NCBI GenBank assembly: GCA_027310365.1
Contig: DAIDAY010000002.1
Coordinates: forward strand, 1-63,842
From: a bacterium
GTDB lineage: Bacteria; Patescibacteriota; Minisyncoccia; UBA6257; GWB1-50-10
DNA: 63,842 bases
Reading direction: 5' to 3'
Both the position numbers and the translations under genes were made by a program. Below are positions 56,705 to 63,842 of this stretch, piece after piece (the first letter of the stretch is position 1; each line of letters opens with the position of its first letter). The notes beneath the pieces were generated by a model. The model searched no databases and was not told the origin of the DNA. It saw only the letters and a list, made by a program, of their open reading frames with translations.

Positions 56705-57508
56705 TTACGCATCGTTTGCCGTTTTCATGCGCTCGTCCAATTCCCGCAGCAGAAACAAGCTGACTTCATCCATCGTTGTTTTCTCGCCGACGGAGAAGGG
56801 ATCGTCGATTTTGCGAATCAGCTTCAGAATGTAGATAAAAAGATACGAAACGACCGCAACGAGAATCAACCCGTCAAGCGGGGGCTCTATCTTCGTAAAA
56901 ATCAACAAGCCAATGATCAGGATAACGAACGTTTGCAGCAGGATGTAGGCGGAGGGGATGAACCTGATCCGCTGGATGTGGTAGATGCGCAAAAAGGCCT
57001 TGCGTATCGCGCCTTGCTCCTGCTTAAGTCTGACGATGTAATTGGCGGGAATGCCAAAACGTTCCATCTCCAGGAACGATGCTGAAAGTTGAGATGCCGC
57101 GGCGATTGCCGTCCTCCCTCCGGCGTCCAAATCCTCTTGCAGCGACTGGATAATCAGACGAAGCCTTTGACGCAGGAGCGCAAGGTTGAATTGCTTTCTC
57201 AATGCTTTGACATATACCCCGTCTTCGTATATAGCCTCGATGGACGCGACGATTTCAGCCGGCAGCCTGTCGCCTTCTTTGAAGTCGGCAATGACGCCCC
57301 CGAGAAGAATGCTCGCGATGAAAATGCCTCCGGCGATAACGCTCGTGAAAAGCGGGCTCAAGCTGAAAAATTCGAACGACAGCGATTCGACAGCCAGTAT
57401 CTTCAACAGCAGGATACCGGCAACTATGATTGCCGTATCGATAAGTAGTCTGCGGTTTTTATTGAGAATATCCGGCATAGATGCGTTCCTCGTTTCCTTG
57501 CTCGTCAC
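56705..57508 (-). CDS. Membrane protein (bestrophin/DUF4239-like)
   Basis: 2+2 TM layout with I..IDDPF. Confidence 0.6.
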   Translation of the reverse strand: MTSKETRNASMPDILNKNRRLLIDTAIIVAGILLLKILAVESLSFEFFSLSPLFTSVIAGGIFIASILLGGVIADFKEGDRLPAEIVASIEAIYEDGVYVKALRKQFNLALLRQRLRLIIQSLQEDLDAGGRTAIAAASQLSASFLEMERFGIPANYIVRLKQEQGAIRKAFLRIYHIQRIRFIPSAYILLQTFVILIIGLLIFTKIEPPLDGLILVAVVSYLFIYILKLIRKIDDPFSVGEKTTMDEVSLFLLRELDERMKTANDA

Positions 57509-57513
57509 CGTCG

Positions 57514-58053
57514 TTATCCAATGAATGCTTTGATCGCCTTTTCGTCAAAACGTTCCAGTGTTTCCGATTGCCCCCGTTTGGTCAAAACGATTTTCGCGTC
57601 GTAGCCATTCGGGGCAAGATAAACATTGTCCGGATATCGTTTTATGAGGTCGGTGAGTTTGGCAACAAGATCGGATGCGCAGGAATATTTTTTACAGTTG
57701 TATTGCACGATAACGCCGGGTTTGCCTCTGCCATCGGCGTGTTCGAGCATGTGGCGCTGCGTTCCGTCAGGTAGGGGACGGTCGGTGATATGCGTCGCAG
57801 GCATATCCTCCGTGTGGCCCTGCACGATCGTCGGCGGCAGGATCGGGCGTGTCGAGATATACCAGCCAAGGCTGAAAATCGTTCCGCCCGCGATCAGAAC
57901 GGCCGAAGCGGCGCGCACCGCCGTTTTCAACGAGCGCTTACGCCGCAAAGCCAGGCGTCCTTCCGCTTTGCGCAGCTTCCTTTGCTGGTAGCGTTCCCGT
58001 CGGGACGGTTGCCCGGCCCCCGCATTGCGCGTTTTTTCCGCCGATTCGTTCAT
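57514..58053 (-). CDS. DUF3105-like anchored protein, copy 1
   Basis: PPT...GH, HMLEH...VIVQYNC. Confidence 0.7.
   Translation of the reverse strand: MNESAEKTRNAGAGQPSRRERYQQRKLRKAEGRLALRRKRSLKTAVRAASAVLIAGGTIFSLGWYISTRPILPPTIVQGHTEDMPATHITDRPLPDGTQRHMLEHADGRGKPGVIVQYNCKKYSCASDLVAKLTDLIKRYPDNVYLAPNGYDAKIVLTKRGQSETLERFDEKAIKAFIG
57611..57840. repeat. 230-bp near-identical direct repeat, copy 1
   Basis: Matches 60337-60566 with two substitutions by manual alignment. Confidence 0.9.
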
Positions 58054-58550
58054 TGGAGTTTCTTAATGATTGTGTAGCCGCTTTTCTCCCAATCGATCAT
58101 CCCGCCCGCCAGATGAGACACTTGGGTGTAGCCAAGATCCATCAGCTCCTGTGCCGCTCTTTCGCTCATCCGGCCGCTGCGGCAGTAGAGCACTATTTTT
58201 GCATTTTTGTCTTTCGGCAATTTGCCGAGATTGCCTGCTATTTCATTGTAGGGGATAAAGGCGTCGGTGTCCTGTATTTCGCCTTCGTAGGGAATGTGGA
58301 CATTCACAAAAAAGAAATCCTTCTTTTCGAGCATCGATGCCAATTCCTGGCTGGTAATAGAGGGGACGCTGGAGTTTCTTTGGGCTTGGTTGGTGCAGCC
58401 ACCCTGATTCAACCAGCAAACAGCGCTGTCTCCGATGAGTGTCTGGACGGATCGCGGCGGAGTTTCGCGCGATTGCGGAATGCTGAACAGCGCGATGCCG
58501 CCTGCCGCTGCTACCGCAATGCCAACAAGGATAATCGCCGTGCTCTTCAT
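58050..58550 (-). CDS. Exported rhodanese-domain protein
   Basis: IVLYCRSGRMS and L.GG...W. Confidence 0.88.
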   Translation of the reverse strand: MKSTAIILVGIAVAAAGGIALFSIPQSRETPPRSVQTLIGDSAVCWLNQGGCTNQAQRNSSVPSITSQELASMLEKKDFFFVNVHIPYEGEIQDTDAFIPYNEIAGNLGKLPKDKNAKIVLYCRSGRMSERAAQELMDLGYTQVSHLAGGMIDWEKSGYTIIKKLQ

Positions 58551-58555
58551 GGTGG

Positions 58556-60217
58556 TTATACGCCACACCCTCCGCCTCCTTGCTTTTGCGGCACCAAGTT
58601 GGGATTCTTGGCGATAATCTCTTGAAGCGGCCGGGCGATGTTTTTCGCCCAACCGGGGCCACTGGAATAATCGAAGCCAATAATTTCTTTAGGATCGACG
58701 TTTTCCCAATCGATGTTTTTGGCGAGCTTGTAATACAACGCAGTCTGGATGTAGGTTTGCGGAAACCAGAAGGAATTGAACTGCAGCGCAACTCGGTACA
58801 AATCGTCTGTGGAAAGCCCCTGCGCCGCGCCGAGTTCGATCAAGCCGAGCATGGCTGAACCGTGGTTGCAATCCTGGAAAAACGCGGAGTTGCCGCAGCA
58901 GGGACGGTAGACGTTTTGCGCCACCTCGAGGGCGACCGCCTCCTGTTCCGGCGTAAGCTGAACAATTTCGTATTTGTTAAAATACTTGCCGCCGTTGTCC
59001 TCCCGACCCAGCGTCCAGCCGCCGGTCGAAGCGAAGTCGAACAGCGATTTCCCGTTCACCGGGCTCTTTTCGTTGAATTGGGTTTTATTGGCAAGCCCGA
59101 GCGGCCATAGCAGATTGATCATGATGCCGGCATTGTCGGCGTTGATGGCAAGCGGCTCGCTGGAGGAGGTGGTGAGCAGCGCAAGCTCCTTCTCGGTTAT
59201 GCCGCGGTCTTTGTATACATCTTTGAATTTTGCGATATCGATGATGCCGTTCTGCGCCAATTTGACCACCGCGTCACCCAACACTATTTTCGTTTGAAAC
59301 CCCCGCCGGGGCAGCACTTTCGCGACCACTGCGCCGTAGAGCTGATTGCCGGTTCCGGCATTCCGGACGCCGCTCACCGCGTTCATCAGGAGCGTTCCAT
59401 CTTTTGCGGCTGCGCTTGCCGCGACTTGTTCTCGGCTCCACAGCGGCGCCGCTGAAAAAAGGATCAGGAAAAAAACCGCAAGAAGCGTCCGATAGGACAG
59501 CAATGAGTCGGATTGCTCCGGGGATTTTTGTCCGCCCGCCGCCGGCTCGACCGCGCAGGTCTCGCACGCTTTCGCTTGAGAAAGTTTCCTCGTGGAGAGG
59601 AAAAGCGCGGCTCCGAAGAACGCCGCGCTCAAGAATTTCAATTCGAGGCCCTTGAACGGCAGGACGGCAACGCCACCGGCGATGCCGATCGCCGAAAGAA
59701 GGAAAGAACCGCAGATGGGGCAGGCCGCCGCAAAGGCGCCGAATATTGCGCCGAACGCATTGCCACCTTGATCTTTTATGCTGTGCAGCCCGGAGTTCCG
59801 CCATGCATAAACGGCTACCGCCAAGCTCATGCCGAAAAGAATCATACTCAGAAGAGTGAAGAGGACATACGGCCAGAAATAGAGTGGCACGTTCCCGTAC
59901 ATCCCAGAGAAAGTGACCCACGTGGTGGTTTTTGAAAGCAGCCACCAGTAAAGAAGCCCGAGCGCCAGCGCGCCATCGATTGCCACGAAAAGATACAGCG
60001 GCTGCCCGAATATCGTTTTCAGGGGAGAAGCGTGAAGCTCATGCGCCGCTTTTTCTTCGTCGCCGCCATTCTCTGCGGCGTGTGTGGTGATCTCGATGTT
60101 GCAGGTATGGCGCTCCCTGCACCACGCCTCGCACTTTTCCGCCCATTCTTTTTCGGCATACCTTAATCCGCATTCCGCGCATTGATACGATGTTCCTTTC
60201 TTCGTTATGACTTGCAT
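58556..60217 (-). CDS. Multidomain Cys protein: Zn-ribbon, CxxC membrane domain and YRPCC/DCNHG domain
   Basis: CAEC...C..WC..H.C; AACPIC; VYRPCCGNSAFFQDCNHG; C-terminal GCGV. Confidence 0.8.
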   Translation of the reverse strand: MQVITKKGTSYQCAECGLRYAEKEWAEKCEAWCRERHTCNIEITTHAAENGGDEEKAAHELHASPLKTIFGQPLYLFVAIDGALALGLLYWWLLSKTTTWVTFSGMYGNVPLYFWPYVLFTLLSMILFGMSLAVAVYAWRNSGLHSIKDQGGNAFGAIFGAFAAACPICGSFLLSAIGIAGGVAVLPFKGLELKFLSAAFFGAALFLSTRKLSQAKACETCAVEPAAGGQKSPEQSDSLLSYRTLLAVFFLILFSAAPLWSREQVAASAAAKDGTLLMNAVSGVRNAGTGNQLYGAVVAKVLPRRGFQTKIVLGDAVVKLAQNGIIDIAKFKDVYKDRGITEKELALLTTSSSEPLAINADNAGIMINLLWPLGLANKTQFNEKSPVNGKSLFDFASTGGWTLGREDNGGKYFNKYEIVQLTPEQEAVALEVAQNVYRPCCGNSAFFQDCNHGSAMLGLIELGAAQGLSTDDLYRVALQFNSFWFPQTYIQTALYYKLAKNIDWENVDPKEIIGFDYSSGPGWAKNIARPLQEIIAKNPNLVPQKQGGGGCGV

Positions 60218-60236
60218 ATCGTTTTATTTTTGTTAT

Positions 60237-60749
60237 TCATGTGCCGATGAATTTCGCGATGGCTTGCTCGTCAAAGCCGCCGAGAACCTGCAAAGCGTCG
60301 AGTTTCGTCAAGATAATTTTACCATCATACTCGCCGGGGGCAAGATAAACATTGTCCGGATATTGTTTTATGAGGTCGGTGAGTTTGGCAACAAGATCGG
60401 ATGCGCAGGAATATTTTTTACAGTTGTATTGCACGATAACGCCGGGTTTGCCTCTGCCATCGGCGTGTTCGAGCATGTGGCGCTGCGTTCCGTCGGGTAG
60501 GGGACGGTCGGTGATATGCGTCGCAGGCATATCCTCCGTGTGGCCCTGCACGATCGTCGGCGGCAGATTGGGACGAGTGGAAGCGAACCATACGAGACCG
60601 CCCACTGCCCCGAGGGCCGCGGCGACGCCTAACGTTCGGGCGGCGGCTTTTGTGGAACGGTGTTTCATTGCGGCATCCTTTCGAGCCGCAAGCTTTTCCT
60701 GCTTTCTCGGCTCATGCCGATCTTGATTCGTCGATTGTCGAGATGTCAT
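60237..60749 (-). CDS. DUF3105-like anchored protein, copy 2
   Basis: Same core as 57514-58053. Confidence 0.7.
   Translation of the reverse strand: MTSRQSTNQDRHEPRKQEKLAARKDAAMKHRSTKAAARTLGVAAALGAVGGLVWFASTRPNLPPTIVQGHTEDMPATHITDRPLPDGTQRHMLEHADGRGKPGVIVQYNCKKYSCASDLVAKLTDLIKQYPDNVYLAPGEYDGKIILTKLDALQVLGGFDEQAIAKFIGT
60337..60566. repeat. 230-bp near-identical direct repeat, copy 2
   Basis: See copy 1. Confidence 0.9.
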
Positions 60750-60763
60750 GTTTTTGGAGAGGA

Positions 60764-61315
60764 TTATCGTCGGTTCGTTTTGCAGACCGCCGGATGCTGA
60801 ATTTGTTTTGCCGTGAGGTGAAGGGAAACGGCGAGTAAGACCACCGCCAAGATGCCGAATTCCCCGCCGCCGAGCGGCAGAAAAGCCAAGATGCCGGACG
60901 CGCCCGCGAGCGAGAAAATGCTCGTTAAGAAGAGCGATCCGCAAGCGGCGCAACCCATGCCCGAAACGCCGCTCGTTATGCCGAAAAAACCGATGCCGAA
61001 TCTCGCCCGCTCGATCCCGTCAATCCTGCGTCGCAAGAAGTAGAAAATCATGGCGACATTCATCCCGAACAGAATTGCCGTAGCAACGGTGTATGAGGCG
61101 GAAAGCAGGGTAAAATTCGTCGCGATTGATCCGATAAGATTCAATGGCAGTTCAAGTTTATCCGAAAAAGACATCCTGGGATGGCCCATGATGCGGATGA
61201 TGAGCGGAATGTTGGGGAGCCACGTGGCAAACACAAAAACCACCGTGCTTATGCCAAGGGCAAGAATGACGTATGTGGGTTTTCGGAAAACCTTTTGTAC
61301 GGCTTGAGGCGCCAT
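60764..61315 (-). CDS. 4-TM protein with GCAACG motif
   Basis: GCAACG...LP..G.E and C-terminal Cys. Confidence 0.72.
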   Translation of the reverse strand: MAPQAVQKVFRKPTYVILALGISTVVFVFATWLPNIPLIIRIMGHPRMSFSDKLELPLNLIGSIATNFTLLSASYTVATAILFGMNVAMIFYFLRRRIDGIERARFGIGFFGITSGVSGMGCAACGSLFLTSIFSLAGASGILAFLPLGGGEFGILAVVLLAVSLHLTAKQIQHPAVCKTNRR

Positions 61316-61316
61316 A

Positions 61317-62078
61317 TCATCCGCCCTGCAGGGCAAGTTCGATTAATTGTTTTATCGCGGCGTAAGGCTGTGCGCCGGCCAGCAACTGTTTGCCGATGAT
61401 AAACGACGGCGTGCCGGTCACGCCGAACGATTCGCCTTCCGCCCGGTCGGCATCCATTCCCTGCTGGTACCGATCTCCTTTGCTCTGCACAAGCGCCAAG
61501 ACTCTCGCGGCATCGCTTGCGCCGATGGCCTGCGTCGTGAAGCTCATAATGGCATCCTGCGTTGCCCAGCCGGTATTTTCTATGCCCTGATTATTGTAGA
61601 TCGCCCTGTGCCAAGCGTAGAATTTATCCGGCGCCGCTTCCCAGACGGCGCGGCCGAATCGGCCGAGCGTTTGAGAATCCGGCCCCAAGAACTGAAAATC
61701 CTTATAGACGAGCTTGATTTTCCCGGTCTTGACGTATTCTTCGTAAAGCTGGGGCATGGACTGCGTCTCGAACCTCCGACAGAAGGGGCATTGGTAGTCG
61801 AGCCAATAGGCCACCGCAAGCGGCGCGTTTGGGTTTCCGATGAAAGGCTGGCCTTCGATTTTCACCTTCGAGATGTCCGCGGTTTGCGCTGCCGGTTGCT
61901 GCGGTTGCGCTCCCGCATTACCGCTGGCGATCCCGGGGGCGGAGTTGTTTTTACCAACGGAGTAAATCACCGATCCGCTGATCAAAACGCCGGCGACAAG
62001 TATGGAAATCGGAAGCATCCAACTGCCGCCGCTCGGCCTTCCATTTTGCAATTTTTCCTCGTAGTTTTGATTTTTCAT
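61317..62078 (-). CDS. DsbA-family thiol-disulfide oxidoreductase
   Basis: G..NAP, DYQCPFC, GVTGTP, GAQPY. Confidence 0.9.
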   Translation of the reverse strand: MKNQNYEEKLQNGRPSGGSWMLPISILVAGVLISGSVIYSVGKNNSAPGIASGNAGAQPQQPAAQTADISKVKIEGQPFIGNPNAPLAVAYWLDYQCPFCRRFETQSMPQLYEEYVKTGKIKLVYKDFQFLGPDSQTLGRFGRAVWEAAPDKFYAWHRAIYNNQGIENTGWATQDAIMSFTTQAIGASDAARVLALVQSKGDRYQQGMDADRAEGESFGVTGTPSFIIGKQLLAGAQPYAAIKQLIELALQGG

Positions 62079-62168
62079 GAATGAAAATGACGTGCATGCA
62101 CAAACAAAATGCCAGCGCTTGCACGATCCGCGCCGCCGATGCAACTCGATGACTGCGCGAATCGCCCG

Positions 62169-62615
62169 CTAGCGGGCGGCGCCGGAGTCGTAGATTCGGG
62201 AATGTAAAATTCCTCGAGAGAATACCAGCCTCACATGGTCGAAAAGCGCCGCTTCGGGATGTTCCCGCGCATAGAGATGCAGGTCGGCCAGTTCCCGATC
62301 GTCGGCGTCCCGCCGGAACGGAAAATGCGCAAGAGCGAACATCAGCATGAAACCCAGCGCAAGCGACGTGAAAACATCGCGCGCTTCCCGCGGCGTCGCC
62401 AGCAGATTGTCTTTCCATGAGCCGATGTATTTTGAAATCGTCGTAGTGCAGCATTTCTGTTGACCGGTGGCGTTGAGCGCCGCTGCGTTGACGCTCGTGC
62501 TGTGCATCGGCGCGTGGCCGGCAAACCCCGCGCAGGCGAATCCAAAAACAAGAACACCGAGAACGATAAAAACTATGGGAAATTTTATCAATTTTTGGAT
62601 ACCTGCGAGAGCCAT
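62169..62615 (-). CDS. Hypothetical 2-TM Cys/His protein heading the module
   Basis: TM, H..MH, CC, TM, FSRGILH.RIY; upstream TATAAT. Confidence 0.6.
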   Translation of the reverse strand: MALAGIQKLIKFPIVFIVLGVLVFGFACAGFAGHAPMHSTSVNAAALNATGQQKCCTTTISKYIGSWKDNLLATPREARDVFTSLALGFMLMFALAHFPFRRDADDRELADLHLYAREHPEAALFDHVRLVFSRGILHSRIYDSGAAR

Positions 62616-62869
62616 AACTACATTATAGAAAACATTAACTGCGTTTTACAATGAGTTCGCCCGTAAAAACGGGGTTATCCACAGCAACGTCGTGGATGAC
62701 CCCTTTCTTTGTTTCCAAAACAGCAAAGTAAAGTTATACACTTGATTTATCACACATTATCGTATTTGAGTCCCCAGATATTAGGACGACTTAAGTCATG
62801 GGTGATTATTACCTCGACTGGCGCCTCAACTCGTATCGAGGGAGCAAAAATGACCGATGAGGAGATCGC

Positions 62870-63842
62870 GCTACCGGCAAATACGGTTACGATTCATTGG
62901 CGGCGGAATTGTCCAAGCGCGGCTTCAAAAGTAAGTATGGCAATCTAGTGAGGCGAACCTCGGTAGAGCATATCCTCATGAACCCGATTTATTACGGTCT
63001 GGTCAAAACCCGATCGGCGACATGTCAGGCAAGTTTCCCGACGCCCATCAGCAAAAAGCTCTTTGGACGATGTTCAGAAGATCATCCAACAGCATAATCA
63101 TTCTGCTGATCGAAGTCGCAAGCATGTGTATCCAATGGCCGGCTTTATGCGCTGTGCCGTTTGTGGCTCAACGTTGTGCGGTCAGGTGCAAAAGGGTCAC
63201 CTATATTACGCATGCACCCATTGGAACGATCGTAACTGCACCGAACGAAAATATATGCGCTGGGAGACTGTTGAGGAACAGGTAGCGAAGCATCTTTCCC
63301 ATGTCTATCTGCCGGATCGCTTCAAGAAAGTCTTGGATGCTTACTTCCAGCACTTCGCCAAGGAACGCTTGGATCAGGAAGAGAAGGAACGCAACAGTCT
63401 TAAACGCGAGCTCGTCCGGGTGCAACAGCAAATCCGCAACATTGTGGTGGACCGGTCAAAGAGAATTATTGATGCCGAGATGTTTATAAAGATTCAGGAC
63501 GAGCTTTTGAAAGAGAAGGAAATGTATCGGGAACGTCTGTCCATCCTTGAGGGCAAGTCGGATAAGTTCGTGCAAAAATTTAACGAGATTCTGGACTTCA
63601 CGGATCACGCTGACACACTGTTCCAAAAGAGCGGCATGTACCAGAAGCGGACGATTATGAAGCTGTGCTTCGAGGGCTTTACCGTACAAAATCAAAAACT
63701 GACGCCGATCTGGACGCCAGTCTTTGATATTCTCATGGACTTACAAGTTGCCAACTTCGATCCTCCGAAACCCCCAAAAGGAGGTAGCAAGGGCTCAAAA
63801 ACCCTTGCGATTCCATCGGTTCAAAGTTGCCAATCTGGCGGA
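62870..63842 (+). pseudogene. Large serine recombinase, 5'-truncated and frameshifted
   Basis: ATGKY...L..RG...IL.NP.Y.G...IS..LF; frameshift near 63065; then DDVQ...G.MRCAVCG...YYAC...C and a coiled coil. The catalytic domain is absent. Confidence 0.82.

Larger units (their letters stand above)
30876..63842. mobile_element. Putative decayed integrative cargo island (copper, thiol-redox and lipid genes) with serine recombinase remnant
   Basis: About 40 co-oriented minus-strand accessory genes next to a tRNA cluster, ending in a recombinase pseudogene; boundaries approximate. Confidence 0.6.

Noticed and set aside
62675..62745. DnaA boxes suggesting oriC (also 21662-21670)
   Set aside because: Only isolated TTATCCACA copies near promoters, with no dense cluster and no dnaA/dnaN
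1..63842. Alternative genetic code (TGA=Gly)
   Set aside because: Full-length leuS, M16 peptidase and other genes end at TGA, and conserved genes have no internal TGA

Overview
Chromosomal window from a genome-reduced bacterium, most likely Patescibacteria/CPR (Parcubacteria-like). This is inferred from gene content and style: PaaX/Cas2-like regulator, glyQS, LeuRS with an inserted NUDIX domain, in-frame palindromic micro-insertions, few Shine-Dalgarno sites and TGA used as stop. Positions 1-30.6 kb are mostly housekeeping (tsaD, recO, glyQS, M16 peptidase, metG, tatD, leuS, htrA, dus, four tRNAs) with small accessory insertions. The most striking insertion is a two-gene minus-strand operon at 13.07-14.97 kb. 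It encodes a SAM-lyase-like protein and a fusion of a SAM/SAM-AMP-lyase-like domain with an NrN-like DHH phosphodiesterase, behind a riboswitch-like leader, with no CRISPR locus in the window. Positions 30.9-62.6 kb form a single-strand cargo island: two P1B ATPases, CsoR with three operators, CopZ, TRASH, cupredoxin, DsbA/CcdA/Prx/Trx, uncharacterised Cys-motif proteins, lipid-modifying enzymes, GH130s and a MacAB-like exporter. It ends in a decayed large serine recombinase. All assignments come from motif recognition by eye; no database search was run.
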